Source of the DNA: a virus
Length of the DNA stretch: 64,000 nt
Virus record (IMG/VR): IMGVR_UViG_3300030329_003436
Coordinates: 1-64,000 of that record
Reading direction: 5' to 3' (one strand)
Positions 9,769-20,578 of this stretch are shown here, piece after piece. The notes below the pieces were generated by a model that ran no database searches, was not told where the DNA came from, and was given only the letters and a program-made list of their open reading frames with translations. A program made the translations under genes and the position numbers. Numbering within the stretch: position 1 is the first letter of the stretch; each line of letters begins with the position of its first letter.

Positions 9769-9769
9769 A

Positions 9770-10813
9770 ATGAAAATACTTATATCTAGCGATGGCCCCC
9801 ACGCACATTACTATATTCGACTAGGCTGGGCTAGAGCCTTAGAAGCCTGCGGTCACGATGTTTATATTTGGGATATAGAGAGTATTCCAACGTTTGATAT
9901 GTTTGATGACTTTGAGCCAGACATATTTATGGGGCAGACGTACAATCTCAATAAGTCCGTTTATAAATGCATAAAGGAAAGACCACATTTAAAGGTGGTT
10001 ATGCGAGGTTCTGACTGGGGCGATATACAAAAAGAAATCGACAAAGAAAAATATCCAATACTAACAGCAAGAGATGATGAAATAAAGCTGGTAGAACAGC
10101 TCAAAAAAGAGACCCAAAAACCCGACTTTATCCACAACCACTACCATGACAATTGGATAACCAAGACGCATAATAAGTGGAACGACATAGGTGTTAGGCC
10201 AGTATCATTGATTCATGCAGCAGACGTGTTTGAGTACTGGGGCGGTCAAATCGTAGAGCATCTCAAAAGTGACGTATCATTTATCGGGGGGTATTGGCCA
10301 TACAAAGCTAAGTGTCTGGATAAATACATGCTCAGGCTATGCCATCCTGTTGGAAAGTACAATATAAAGATATGGGGTTCCAACTGGCCGGTTGTTCAGT
10401 ACATGGGCAGGATTGCTGGCGATCAAGCTAGGCATGTTTTTCGTTCTGCAACAGTATGTCCTAATGTTAGTGAGCCTCACTCTCAAGATTTTGGCTACGA
10501 CATAATTGAAAGACCGTTCAAGGTGTTAATGAGTGGTGGCTTCTGCATTTCTGATTATGTTGAATCCATGTCAAAAGATGTATTTAATAATGACGAGATA
10601 ATTTTTGCGAAAACACCAGAAGAGTTTGAAACCCTTATTAAGTATTATGCAGCTCACCCGGAAGAAAGAGAGCCTTATATACAGAGGGGTCAAAAGTGCG
10701 TTCTGGAAAAACACACCTACTTCCACAGAATGGCAACAATGTTTCATGAACTAGGGTTGGAGAATGAAGCCGTTAAAACAATTCAGGTTCTGGAAGGGAT
10801 GATTTCTGCATGA
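9770..10813 (+). CDS. CgeB-like GT-B glycosyltransferase
   Basis: DVSFIG, ERPFKV...GGFCISD, HTYFHR. Confidence 0.82.
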   Translation: MKILISSDGPHAHYYIRLGWARALEACGHDVYIWDIESIPTFDMFDDFEPDIFMGQTYNLNKSVYKCIKERPHLKVVMRGSDWGDIQKEIDKEKYPILTARDDEIKLVEQLKKETQKPDFIHNHYHDNWITKTHNKWNDIGVRPVSLIHAADVFEYWGGQIVEHLKSDVSFIGGYWPYKAKCLDKYMLRLCHPVGKYNIKIWGSNWPVVQYMGRIAGDQARHVFRSATVCPNVSEPHSQDFGYDIIERPFKVLMSGGFCISDYVESMSKDVFNNDEIIFAKTPEEFETLIKYYAAHPEEREPYIQRGQKCVLEKHTYFHRMATMFHELGLENEAVKTIQVLEGMISA

Positions 10814-11754
10814 CCGTACTTATTACTGGCGCTCACGGATTTATAGGCAAGCATTTGGTCAAGAGACTGCAACACGAGCCTGATTTTGGAGATATTGTTT
10901 GCGTAGGAAGAAATCCGGTTTTCTCGAACGTTCTTGATCGCAACATAAAGCATTATGCTGTTGATTTAGGCGAAACCGATCCCGACGATTCAAACTTTCA
11001 TTTACTCTATGACATTTGTAAGACCCACAAGCCAAGCATAATTTTTCATTTGGCAAGCAAGGCTACGGTTAAAGAGTCTCATAACCCATACAGAATCATA
11101 CAAGACAATATAATTAGCACGCAGAAAGTTATCCATTCTGCTCCACGGGGCTGTAGAATAGTTTTGGCCTCTACGGTGATTGTGTACGGAGATTGGTGGG
11201 TTGATCGTCACCAGCAATGCAGAGAAAATCTAGCTACAATCCCAACATCCTCTTACGGGATAACAAAGAGAGCTTCAGAAAGTCTAATTGAAGCCCATAC
11301 TAACATGGGAGATGTGAACGGAGTTTCGGCTAGACTGTGCGCTACTGTCGGAGATGGTGTTACTCATGGCGTAATGAAGGACTTTATCCGTAAGCTTAAG
11401 AGTGACAATCCTAATCTAGAGGCGCTGGGGGCAGAGCCGGGGTCAACAAAGCCATATTGTCATATAAGCGATACAATATCTGCATTAGTTACCCTAGCAA
11501 AATCTGATGCCAACGGTGCATACAACGTCGCTCCTGATGATTCAATTAATATAGCGGAAGTTGCCAAGGCGGTTATGAACGGATGCGGCATACATAAGCC
11601 GATCAAATGGCTTGGTGAAGGTGCAAACTGGAAGGGTGACAATAGGGTGATATCTGTATCAAACATGAAGCTAAAAGATTTGGGATGGAAGCTTAAATTT
11701 CCTAAATCTTCGGACGCCATAGAAGATGCTGTTAAAAGGATAGAATCAAAATGA
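10810..11754 (+). CDS. NAD-dependent nucleotide-sugar epimerase/dehydratase (extended SDR)
   Basis: ITGAHGFIG, FHLAS, AST..VYG, YGITK. Confidence 0.92.
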   Translation: MTVLITGAHGFIGKHLVKRLQHEPDFGDIVCVGRNPVFSNVLDRNIKHYAVDLGETDPDDSNFHLLYDICKTHKPSIIFHLASKATVKESHNPYRIIQDNIISTQKVIHSAPRGCRIVLASTVIVYGDWWVDRHQQCRENLATIPTSSYGITKRASESLIEAHTNMGDVNGVSARLCATVGDGVTHGVMKDFIRKLKSDNPNLEALGAEPGSTKPYCHISDTISALVTLAKSDANGAYNVAPDDSINIAEVAKAVMNGCGIHKPIKWLGEGANWKGDNRVISVSNMKLKDLGWKLKFPKSSDAIEDAVKRIESK

Positions 11755-12830
11755 AAGTCTTATATTTTCCATTAATATACCAAGACAAAATTCATTCCGA
11801 CCAAGTTGGTGACTATCAGTGTGACACTCTATTTCACGGCTTAAGGTCTATCTTAGGCGACCAGCTAATAGATGCATACAGAATGTGGCATGTTTACGAC
11901 GACGCTGATCCAGAAAAACTAAAAAACACTTGGGGTAAAGGGTTTAGTAGTTATGGAATTTTGCCAAACATGGAGCTTCCTAGAGATGAGCATGGGTATT
12001 ATGACGACCTTGTTCGTCGCATAGAAAATAGATATTTTAATTTTATTATCTGCCCCATACACCACACTCTAAACGGTAGATACAGCGAAATTCATCACGC
12101 TCTAACGTCTCTCCTCAAGACGTATGAGCCACACAGGATAGTTTTAGTTGACGGATGGGACAAGTTTGACCTAAATAGAAAAATAGCCCAAAAAGTACCC
12201 TACTTTAAAATGCAGTTTGCTGATGAGGATGCTGATGTTGCCACACCAATATCATTTTCCATACCAAAGCAAAAAATTCGCGAGCCGTCAGAAAAGTCTT
12301 TTGATTTTGCTCCGTTAGTCCCCGCCTATATGCACTTTGATGACCCACATCAAAAATCATATATCTATGAAGACGAGGATAGCTATTATCAAGATTACCA
12401 AAAAAGCTACTTCGCTTATGTTTGCAAAAAGGCAAGAGAGGATGACGAGAGGGCGGGATGGGTCACAATGAGACATTTCGAGATTCTTGCCAACGGATGT
12501 GTTCCCTTCTTTACTGACGTTGAAAAGTGTCCAAAAAATGCACTGTTTAATTACCCAAAAGAGCTTTGTGTTAGAGCTAAAAAGCTCAAGGGCGTATACC
12601 CCGGCACAAAAGAACCCTATAACCCTCAAGAAGACACTTTTATAGGAACCTCAAAACAAATACTACCGGGAGAAGACAGAGGATATATAGATTTTGATGA
12701 GTTCGACCTGAATGAGTATAACAATTTAAGGGATGAGTTTATTGAGTACACGCGACTGCATCTAACCACAGAATCTATGGCTAAATATTTCTTTGATAAG
12801 GTATTGGATTATGGTGTTAGGAATAGATAA
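11751..12830 (+). CDS. Putative GT-B glycosyltransferase
   Basis: C-terminal GW.TMRHFEILANGCVPFF, resembling exostosin/CgeB-like donor-binding motifs; cluster context. Confidence 0.6.
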   Translation: MKVLYFPLIYQDKIHSDQVGDYQCDTLFHGLRSILGDQLIDAYRMWHVYDDADPEKLKNTWGKGFSSYGILPNMELPRDEHGYYDDLVRRIENRYFNFIICPIHHTLNGRYSEIHHALTSLLKTYEPHRIVLVDGWDKFDLNRKIAQKVPYFKMQFADEDADVATPISFSIPKQKIREPSEKSFDFAPLVPAYMHFDDPHQKSYIYEDEDSYYQDYQKSYFAYVCKKAREDDERAGWVTMRHFEILANGCVPFFTDVEKCPKNALFNYPKELCVRAKKLKGVYPGTKEPYNPQEDTFIGTSKQILPGEDRGYIDFDEFDLNEYNNLRDEFIEYTRLHLTTESMAKYFFDKVLDYGVRNR

Positions 12831-13515
12831 GGCCGTATGCCTCTGCTTAGATAAAAGGCATGAGGAGTGGCATGAACTATGGAAAGAGTGTGAAAAAAGA
12901 GGGATAGAGTTTGAACCTTTTCTGGTTGGTGATGGTCAGATGTTTTCCGTTGAAAAATACGGCAGGATTGATGAGAGATACCCACCGATTGAAAATTTTG
13001 GGTGGGGAAACCCTGTGTCGGCCAGAAATCACTGCAACGCTCTTTTGTCACATCAGTCAATCGCCAGAAAGCTTCTTGACGAAGGAGTGGAAAGAGTCTT
13101 ATTTCTTGAAGACGACGCATATTTTACCGACCGCTATGAAGACGTATTAGAAAAACTGTCCGACCAAATTAAAGAGCTAGACTACGATATGCTGTATTTG
13201 GGTTGGTGGGTAGGAGACGAAGATGATGAATGGAACGAAGAAGTTGAGCGTTCCTATAATGAAGACGGAACAGTCGGCATAGATTATGTCAGAGATGCTC
13301 CAGACAAAAGAGTGGGAGGACTTCATGGGGTAGTTATCCATAGGCGTATACTAGAAGTCATTGCTACGCTGCCACCTCATGGGCCAGTTGATTCTCAGCT
13401 TAATAGACATTTACATTGGCGGGCGCAAACATACTTTGTAAAACCTAAAATTATTCATGACAAAGGCATTTTCAGCAACTGTGAACAGAATACCATAGAA
13501 AGGAAAAAGCTATGA
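12811..13515 (+). CDS. GT25-like glycosyltransferase
   Basis: CLCLDKR..., LLSHQSI, VLFLEDDA, DMLYLG, PVD. Confidence 0.82.
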   Translation: MVLGIDKAVCLCLDKRHEEWHELWKECEKRGIEFEPFLVGDGQMFSVEKYGRIDERYPPIENFGWGNPVSARNHCNALLSHQSIARKLLDEGVERVLFLEDDAYFTDRYEDVLEKLSDQIKELDYDMLYLGWWVGDEDDEWNEEVERSYNEDGTVGIDYVRDAPDKRVGGLHGVVIHRRILEVIATLPPHGPVDSQLNRHLHWRAQTYFVKPKIIHDKGIFSNCEQNTIERKKL

Positions 13516-14894
13516 TAAGGCTGATAGTTTTTGATTTAGATGGTGTTCTTGTAGAGGCTCGTGACTTTCATTACGAAGCAATGAATAGGGCGCTATCCTC
13601 TATTGATGAAAAGTATGTTATTGGAAGAGAAGAACATCTAGCTAAATATGACGGACTAAGCACGCGAAAAAAGCTGGCAATTCTAACAAAAGAAAAAGGT
13701 CTTCCAGAGGAATACTACGACACTATATGGGAAACCAAACAGCGAAGCACTCACGATATAATTAAAGAGCAGATAACGCCAGAAGACCATGGAGGTGTTA
13801 TCGCCTGCCTGCATTCACTGAAGTCTATGGGATATACGGTTTATTGTGCGTCTAATTCCATTAGGTCAACCGTCAAGCTCATGCTCTTATATGCTGGCTA
13901 TATGGAATACATAGATGCGTTTTTTTCAAACCAAGATGTTCGCGTTCCAAAGCCGCACCCTGAAATCTACATGAAAGCCATGCTTCATGCCGGAGTAAGT
14001 CCAAAAGAAACTCTGGTCATAGAAGACTCCCATATTGGAAGAAAAGCAGCTCATGAGTCTGGTGCGTATGTGATGGGAGTCAAGAATCCCGACGACGTAA
14101 ACATGGGAAATATCACAAGAGCTATTAGCACTGCATCAGAACAAAACGAAACAAGTCTTTTCAAACCAAAATGGCAGGGTGGAGATATGAAGGTTTTAAT
14201 TCCCATGGCGGGTGCTGGGTCACGTTTTGAGAAAGCTGGCTACACCTTTCCCAAGCCATTAATCGAAGTCAATGGCAAGCCCATGATTCAGGTTGTTGTG
14301 GAAAACATCAATGTTGATGCCGAACACATTTTTATTGTCCAAAAGAAACATTACGAAAAATACAACTTATCGTATCTCTTAAATCTGATAGCTCCAAACT
14401 GCAAGATAGTTCAGGTGGATGGAATGACAGAAGGGGCAGCTTGTACCACCCTACTGGCCAAAGAATATATTAACGATAACTGTCCTCTTCTCTTAGCAAA
14501 CTCAGACCAGTATGTGGATTGGGACAGTAATCAATTCCTTTACTCCATGCAGGCAGACGGAGTAGACGGAGGAATCCTTACCTTCCCTTCGGTTCACCCA
14601 AAATGGAGCTTTGCAAAAACAAACGAGCAGGGTTTTGTGACAGAGGTTGCTGAAAAAAGGCCGATATCTGACAAAGCCACTGTAGGTATATATTACTGGG
14701 CTAAAGGAAGTGACTATGTAAAATACGCTGAACAAATGGTCGCAAATGACACCCGTGTTAATGGTGAGTTTTATGTCTGTCCCGTGTTTAACGAAGCTGT
14801 GGCAGATAAGAAAAAAATCAAAACGTTCCATGTAGATAAAATGTGGGGTCTTGGAACACCAGAAGACCTAAAAGTATTTTTAGATAAGCAATAG
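13512..14894 (+). CDS. Fusion of HAD phosphatase and sugar-phosphate nucleotidyltransferase
   Basis: N-terminal FDLDGVL, ASNS, KPHP, IEDS; C-terminal IPMAGAGSRF..PKPLI, NSDQ, VAEK, LGTPEDL. Confidence 0.92.
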   Translation: MIRLIVFDLDGVLVEARDFHYEAMNRALSSIDEKYVIGREEHLAKYDGLSTRKKLAILTKEKGLPEEYYDTIWETKQRSTHDIIKEQITPEDHGGVIACLHSLKSMGYTVYCASNSIRSTVKLMLLYAGYMEYIDAFFSNQDVRVPKPHPEIYMKAMLHAGVSPKETLVIEDSHIGRKAAHESGAYVMGVKNPDDVNMGNITRAISTASEQNETSLFKPKWQGGDMKVLIPMAGAGSRFEKAGYTFPKPLIEVNGKPMIQVVVENINVDAEHIFIVQKKHYEKYNLSYLLNLIAPNCKIVQVDGMTEGAACTTLLAKEYINDNCPLLLANSDQYVDWDSNQFLYSMQADGVDGGILTFPSVHPKWSFAKTNEQGFVTEVAEKRPISDKATVGIYYWAKGSDYVKYAEQMVANDTRVNGEFYVCPVFNEAVADKKKIKTFHVDKMWGLGTPEDLKVFLDKQ

Positions 14895-14895
14895 T

Positions 14896-14916
14896 TATAA
14901 TATTGGTGTACATATA
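14896..14916 (+). promoter_or_regulatory. Possible internal promoter of the glycan island
   Basis: The largest gap in the island contains TATAAT and TGGTGTACATATA, a variant of the TGGTGTATAATA motif seen before structural genes. Confidence 0.4.
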
Positions 14917-14956
14917 ACAAATCACTACAGTATAGGCATAGACACAAGGGAAGACT

Positions 14957-15628
14957 ATGACAGGTTCACCTCTAAATATCTTTGTGGGTTGGGACTCCCG
15001 CGAGACACAGGCTTATGATGTTTGTGTAAAATCTCTACTTGAACACTCTTCTGTAGAACTAAATATTCAGCCAATTATCCGAAGCGTCTTAATGGATGCT
15101 GGGAAATATTTTAGAAAACAGCCGGAGGCAGGATCTGTAGAATTTACCTATACCAGATTCCTTACACCATACCTATCTGGTTTTAAAGGATGGTCACTCT
15201 TTATAGACTGTGACTTCCTGTTTACGAGAGATGTGGCGGAGTTGTTTTCTCTTGCTGACGATAAATATGCGATCATGTGCGCCAAACATGACTACGTTCC
15301 TAAAAATGCGGTCAAGATGGATGGTCAAAAACAGGTGGCCTACCCAAGAAAGAACTGGTCTAGCTGTATACTATGGAACTGCGAGCATTCATCAAACCGT
15401 ATTTTAACCCCGTATACAGCCAGCACGCAAACCGGGGCGTACCTCCATAGGTTTAAATTTCTAAAAGACTATATGATTGGCGACATCCCAATAGAATGGA
15501 ATTGGCTGGAGGGCGAATACGAGAAGCCGGAAGTTCCCCCGGCGGCTATTCACTTTACCAATGGTGGTCCGTGGTTTGAAGATTGGCAGGATGTTGATTA
15601 TGCAGACTTGTGGAGAAGTTATCTGTGA
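14957..15628 (+). CDS. GT8-like GT-A glycosyltransferase
   Basis: FVGWDSRE, EFTYTRF, FIDCDFL, YPRKNWSS, WNWL, HFTNGGPW. Confidence 0.85.
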   Translation: MTGSPLNIFVGWDSRETQAYDVCVKSLLEHSSVELNIQPIIRSVLMDAGKYFRKQPEAGSVEFTYTRFLTPYLSGFKGWSLFIDCDFLFTRDVAELFSLADDKYAIMCAKHDYVPKNAVKMDGQKQVAYPRKNWSSCILWNCEHSSNRILTPYTASTQTGAYLHRFKFLKDYMIGDIPIEWNWLEGEYEKPEVPPAAIHFTNGGPWFEDWQDVDYADLWRSYL

Positions 15629-16602
15629 AAATAGCGGTCGGTTATACAAAAATAGAAGGCGATCATATTCTAGACAGCTTTGCTAAGGGTGTAATTCAAT
15701 CCGGTGACGAAGTAGTTAAAATAAGGTCTAGAGAGGATGTCTGCAAAATAGACCAGTGCGACGTTATGATTCAGCTTGCCGAGGCGGGCAGATATGAAAT
15801 ATTAGATTATTGTGCTGGTAGCGATATGGTAGATGATTACCATTATATCAAAGTCTTCATGAAGCTAAAACAAATAGAGCTAAACAAACCAAGATTAATA
15901 ATTGACTGTGGATTGATAGAAGATGACAGATTTAAAGAGGATGAAAATAGATACTTTTCCGTTGGATTAAATGGTGTTAAAGGAAGAGCCGAATACTTCA
16001 ATGAAAACTCCCCTTCCGACAGATGGAGCAAAAGAGGTATAAGATTCAAAAATCTAAGAAGTCCTGATGGGCATGTTTTAATTATTGGACAGTCAAAAAA
16101 AGGCGCAGGATTAATGCATGTAGGGTGCAAAACGGCAGACGATAGGGAGAAATACTGGAATACCCCAATGGAATATTATGAAGATCTTCCAAACAGAATA
16201 AGAAAGTTTGCCCCAAACAGAAAAATTGTTTTTAGAACCCATATAACAGGAGCTTCTATTACACCCCTCAAATGCTTACCCAATATGGAGGTTGTTAACA
16301 CAAAAGAAAGCTACAAACCAATAGAGAACGATCTAAAGAACGCTTGGTGCGCCGTTACAAGAACCTCGAACGGGGCAATAGACGCTTTGCTTGCCGGGGT
16401 TCCCGTCATGACCGAAGACTCCGTATGTCTGGCGCATTCTGTAGCAGAACATTCGATAAAAAAAATAGACAGGATAAAATACCCAGAAACCAAAGACCTT
16501 ATGCAATGGCTTTATAATTTGTCTTATTGCGAATGGTCATTGGACGAAATGAGAAAGGGGTTGCCTTGGCAGCACTTTAGAGAAAAATGCAAACCGATAT
16601 AA
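15625..16602 (+). CDS. KpsS/KpsC-like (Capsule_synth, beta-Kdo transferase-like) protein 1
   Basis: VLIIGQ, IVFRTH, TSNGAIDALLAGVPV, EWSLDEM; GTG start coupled to the previous stop. Confidence 0.65.
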   Translation: MKIAVGYTKIEGDHILDSFAKGVIQSGDEVVKIRSREDVCKIDQCDVMIQLAEAGRYEILDYCAGSDMVDDYHYIKVFMKLKQIELNKPRLIIDCGLIEDDRFKEDENRYFSVGLNGVKGRAEYFNENSPSDRWSKRGIRFKNLRSPDGHVLIIGQSKKGAGLMHVGCKTADDREKYWNTPMEYYEDLPNRIRKFAPNRKIVFRTHITGASITPLKCLPNMEVVNTKESYKPIENDLKNAWCAVTRTSNGAIDALLAGVPVMTEDSVCLAHSVAEHSIKKIDRIKYPETKDLMQWLYNLSYCEWSLDEMRKGLPWQHFREKCKPI

Positions 16603-17216
16603 AGCTCTCTAAGTGGATTGAAAATAATATTTTTATCACCACATTAGACCATGAAGACATAGAAAAAAAATATCTTCAAAATAACATTGTTGTTATAGAT
16701 GGCTTTGTTTCCGAAGAAGATGTAGGCATATTTAATGATTTACAAGTCATGAATGTTGGATGGAACCCCAAATCTTGTCAAAATGGAGTAATGAGAAAGA
16801 TATGGTACGATGACGCAATAAAAAAACCCAGAAGATACTCTAACCATCCACAATTTAAAGCTGCGCTAATAAGACTGGAAGAAAAAATAAAGTACTTTGC
16901 CAAGGGGTTTAGCTTTATCAACAACTCTCATTATCAAGACGGCTGGTTGGACTACGATGCAACACTTAGGGTTTCAGAAATTGCAAACGAGGAGATGCAT
17001 CTAGATCAGTACAAATTCAATCCTTTGCGGGTGTTTGTAAACATAGATAATACTCACAGGATATGGAAAACAACATCAAAGAATGAAGATTTTAAAAGTG
17101 GCGAAAAACACTTAATAGCATTTGCCCCCGGAACCCTGTGGTGCTGCAACACAAAAGAAGTTCCTCACCAAATCAGTTATGGCAAGAGGGCCGCACTGTT
17201 TACGTTTTATTTTTAA
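16587..17216 (+). CDS. Fe(II)/2-oxoglutarate dioxygenase, Kdo-hydroxylase (KdoO)-like
   Basis: MHLD...LRVFVNID..RIW...FAPGTLW....PHQISYG....F follows the KdoO motif order. Confidence 0.65.
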   Translation: MQTDIKLSKWIENNIFITTLDHEDIEKKYLQNNIVVIDGFVSEEDVGIFNDLQVMNVGWNPKSCQNGVMRKIWYDDAIKKPRRYSNHPQFKAALIRLEEKIKYFAKGFSFINNSHYQDGWLDYDATLRVSEIANEEMHLDQYKFNPLRVFVNIDNTHRIWKTTSKNEDFKSGEKHLIAFAPGTLWCCNTKEVPHQISYGKRAALFTFYF

Positions 17217-17220
17217 TGAC

Positions 17221-17985
17221 ATGAATATTTTATATACAACCACATTTAACGACAAGTTATTCAATGCCACTGGACGAGGCATGATTACATCCTTTGTTCG
17301 TTGTAAAACAGAGGGTGAAATGCTTATTGCCCACGAGGGGGTTGAGCTTCCCAAGCATAGAAAATTTATAGAATACGACCTGTCACAAGACGAGTTTCTT
17401 AATCGCTGGTTAAAAGAAAACGAAGACGTGATACCTGTAGACTTGGGTGGCAAGTTTGAAGGCGTATTTGAAAATAAGTTTAGATACAGGGCTAGTCAAT
17501 GGTTTAGAAAAATACCAACCCTTAAAAAGGCATTGGAACATGACTATGATGCCATAGTCTTTGTAGACTCTGATGTAATATTTAAGTTCGGGACATACAA
17601 AGAGAATAAATCCGCCCTCACCTCAAACATTATCTCAGAGGTTTTTGGAGACTGCGGGGTCTTTTGTCACTACGGAAAGGGAAGAAGGGCAAGAGGTCTC
17701 GGTGTAGAATGTGGCTTTGTTGGGTTTCATATGACCAATGGTGGTAGGGAGTTTCTTGAGATTGTAATAGACATATTCGACAGCGGAAAATTTCGAGAAT
17801 ATGAAAGATGGGACGATAGCTACATATTTGGAGAGGTTATAAAATCTCACCCGGAGATAAAAGTAAACGATTTGGTAGAAAACGAACTGGAGTGCGATGT
17901 GGTTGAAAGAGGGGTTTTTGATTCCTTTATCACCCACGACAAGGGAGTACACTGGAGAGAGCATGGTTTTGAAAGCCCCGGTTAG
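17221..17985 (+). CDS. GT-A glycosyltransferase-like protein
   Basis: VFVDSDV (DxD), ECGFVGF, WDDSYIF, HDKG. Confidence 0.7.
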   Translation: MNILYTTTFNDKLFNATGRGMITSFVRCKTEGEMLIAHEGVELPKHRKFIEYDLSQDEFLNRWLKENEDVIPVDLGGKFEGVFENKFRYRASQWFRKIPTLKKALEHDYDAIVFVDSDVIFKFGTYKENKSALTSNIISEVFGDCGVFCHYGKGRRARGLGVECGFVGFHMTNGGREFLEIVIDIFDSGKFREYERWDDSYIFGEVIKSHPEIKVNDLVENELECDVVERGVFDSFITHDKGVHWREHGFESPG

Positions 17986-18715
17986 CATAATAAACAAGAG
18001 CTACAATCAGCGCAGTTCTGTTGTTTGCGGGGCTTTTGCCAAAGGCTGTTGTGGATCAACCATGTCATTAAAGATGTGGTTTGATTTATGGATGAAGCGT
18101 CAAAACCCTCCGAGAATAGCCGCTTATGGAGTTCTGTATGGTGGAGAGACGGTAATTCAGAACACGCCAAAATACTGGCATATTGATCATGGATATTTTG
18201 GACGTTCTACAGACCCAGACTTATATGATGGATATTATAGAATAACCCACAATAATTTTTGGCACAACGGCTCTGGAGACCATACTTGGGATAGATTTAA
18301 CGGCCTAAATGTAGAGCTAAAAAACTGGAGGAAGTCTGGAAGTCATATTGTAATAGTTCCACCCTCAAAACACATGGCTTCAGTACTAAACTTACAGACA
18401 TGGCTAGAAGAAACGATTTTTAAAATTAAAAAACATACGGATCGAAAGATCTTGGTTTCCACAAAATATAAAAACCCGATGTCAAAGGTTATAAAAAACG
18501 CTTGGTGCGTCGTGGCGGATCATTCAAATTCCGCAATAGACGCTATGGTACAAGGCATTCCCGCAATTTTCACGAACCCAGCCAGAAAGCTAGGCTCAAT
18601 AGAGGGTATAGAAAATCCCCCTATGGACAGAGAGTTTTTTAAGAACCTAGCTCATCAGCAATGGACTCTGGATGAAATTAAATCAGGAAGAGCATGGGAG
18701 AATTTAAATGAGTAG
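17963..18715 (+). CDS. KpsS/KpsC-like protein 2
   Basis: IDHGYF, HIVIVPPS, HSNSAIDAMVQGIP, QWTLDEI; paralogous to 15625 and 19289. Confidence 0.6.
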   Translation: MVLKAPVSIINKSYNQRSSVVCGAFAKGCCGSTMSLKMWFDLWMKRQNPPRIAAYGVLYGGETVIQNTPKYWHIDHGYFGRSTDPDLYDGYYRITHNNFWHNGSGDHTWDRFNGLNVELKNWRKSGSHIVIVPPSKHMASVLNLQTWLEETIFKIKKHTDRKILVSTKYKNPMSKVIKNAWCVVADHSNSAIDAMVQGIPAIFTNPARKLGSIEGIENPPMDREFFKNLAHQQWTLDEIKSGRAWENLNE

Positions 18716-19292
18716 ACAAGATAGATACAATTATATAACAGAAGAAATACATAAATGCAAACCGTCAACAATACTGGAGATTGGAACTCATGTGGGTCTT
18801 ACGGCTAGAATAATGATAGAAGCCGCAATGGTTCATAAAGACGACGTTTTCTATTACGGGTTTGACATGTTCGATTTTATGACCGAAGAAATAGCTGTAG
18901 AAGAGTATCATGGCAAAAGCCTTCCTACGCTACAAACAGCGTCAAAAAGACTTCGTGGTTTTCCACATAAACTAAAAATGGGAAACACGCAGAAAACACT
19001 ACCTAAATTTAAACCAGACAGACCCATAGACTTTGTTTTTATTGACGGGGGACATTCTGTAGAAACAATCCAAAGCGACTGGGACAGCATAAAAAAATTG
19101 ATCCACAAAGATACAGTTGTTATATTTGACGATTATTATAATGAAACAGAAGAGGTAGGATGCAAACCTGTCGTAGATTGCTTGGGTGATGAATACGTTG
19201 TAGAAAAATTATACACTTGGGAGAGAACCGACGAAGAAAAGTTTACTAAGGAAGTTTTCGACCTTACTCTCATTAAAGTTACACTAAGATGA
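18708..19292 (+). CDS. Class I SAM methyltransferase (Methyltransf_24-like)
   Basis: ILEIGT, YGFDMF, DFVFIDGGHS, IFDDY. Confidence 0.88.
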   Translation: MSRQDRYNYITEEIHKCKPSTILEIGTHVGLTARIMIEAAMVHKDDVFYYGFDMFDFMTEEIAVEEYHGKSLPTLQTASKRLRGFPHKLKMGNTQKTLPKFKPDRPIDFVFIDGGHSVETIQSDWDSIKKLIHKDTVVIFDDYYNETEEVGCKPVVDCLGDEYVVEKLYTWERTDEEKFTKEVFDLTLIKVTLR

Positions 19293-20188
19293 TAGGAATA
19301 TTTCAGAACACGGGTAAAGACGCCCTACACAAACAGACCGTGACAATGGATGCCGTAAAAAACGGAATAAGAAATCTAGGGCATGAGTATTTTTCCACTA
19401 CCATCGAAGAGTACAGACGGTGTGATATTGCAATAGTTTGGGGTTCTCCCAAAAACATTAGAGCAGACTCCTACTTCTTAAAGAACATATACGATTGCCA
19501 AAAACGAAATGGCGGTAAAATTATTGTTCTTGAGAGAGGGTTTCTCAAAAGAGAGGATTACTATTTGATTGGGTGGGATTGTCCGGGGGGATGTGGAGAT
19601 TATAAAAACGATAACATGCCCTCCGACAGATTTGAAGAGCTTGACATTCAAGTAAAGCCTTGGAAACAAGAGCAGGGTGAAAATCTCAGCGTTCTTGTGT
19701 GCGGACAAATTCCTTGGGATCAAAATATACAAGACATAAGCCTAAGAAGCTGGTGCAGATTTGTTTCACACCAACTAAACACAAAGGTTGATAAAAATTG
19801 TAAAATTAGATATAAACCGCACCCAAAAATAATATCACATAAGGGGTATGGACGCCGTTACGACAAGGCAATAGACATGACTTCTTTTGGTATGGCGAAC
19901 GTAGAAGAAGAAAATCTATCAAAGGCAATAGAAGAAAAGAAGATTGATATTGTTATCTGTTATAGTTCAAATTCTGCTGTTGAGGCCGTGATCAATGGAA
20001 CGCCAGCCATTACCTTTAGTGAATCTTCCATGGCTTGGGATGTAACTTCTCATGAAATTAACCATCAAACTATAACAAACCCCTTTATGCCAGATAGAAC
20101 ACAATGGCTAAACAATCTGGCGTATACTCAATGGAATTTAGAAGAGATATCACAGGGTCTTCCGTTTAAACACTTAGGAATAATTTAG
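19289..20188 (+). CDS. KpsS/KpsC-like protein 3
   Basis: LERGFL, CGQIPWD (QxxxD), YKPHP, SSNSAVEAVING. Confidence 0.72.
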   Translation: MIGIFQNTGKDALHKQTVTMDAVKNGIRNLGHEYFSTTIEEYRRCDIAIVWGSPKNIRADSYFLKNIYDCQKRNGGKIIVLERGFLKREDYYLIGWDCPGGCGDYKNDNMPSDRFEELDIQVKPWKQEQGENLSVLVCGQIPWDQNIQDISLRSWCRFVSHQLNTKVDKNCKIRYKPHPKIISHKGYGRRYDKAIDMTSFGMANVEEENLSKAIEEKKIDIVICYSSNSAVEAVINGTPAITFSESSMAWDVTSHEINHQTITNPFMPDRTQWLNNLAYTQWNLEEISQGLPFKHLGII

Positions 20189-20200
20189 AGGAATTATGCA

Positions 20201-20578
20201 ATGGGTCATAAAACATTAACAGGTGCTATTCAGGGAAAATTTTGGGGTACAACACGCTGCTTTTTTGAGAACTGCACAAGCGAGGTGCATTACATCGAAG
20301 CGGTAAAGGGTGGATACTGCTCTCGACATCATCACGAGAATAAATGGAACCGTTTTATTGTGCTTGAAGGCGCTCTTAAGGTTATTATATATAAGCAGGA
20401 TAGTGAGGATGAGACAATTTTAACAGACGGGATGTTTTCGGATGTTCCGCCCGGAGTAGACCATCGTTTTGAGGCTTTAGAAGATACGAAAGCGTTAGAA
20501 GTTTATTGGATTGATGGACTAGACCCTTCAGATATAGTGAGAAAAGATACGGGTGGACTTAACAAGCCTGAAAATTGA
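20201..20578 (+). CDS. Cupin protein (sugar isomerase-like)
   Basis: SRHHH.NK...VLEG and VPPGVDHRFEA cupin motifs. Confidence 0.8.
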   Translation: MGHKTLTGAIQGKFWGTTRCFFENCTSEVHYIEAVKGGYCSRHHHENKWNRFIVLEGALKVIIYKQDSEDETILTDGMFSDVPPGVDHRFEALEDTKALEVYWIDGLDPSDIVRKDTGGLNKPEN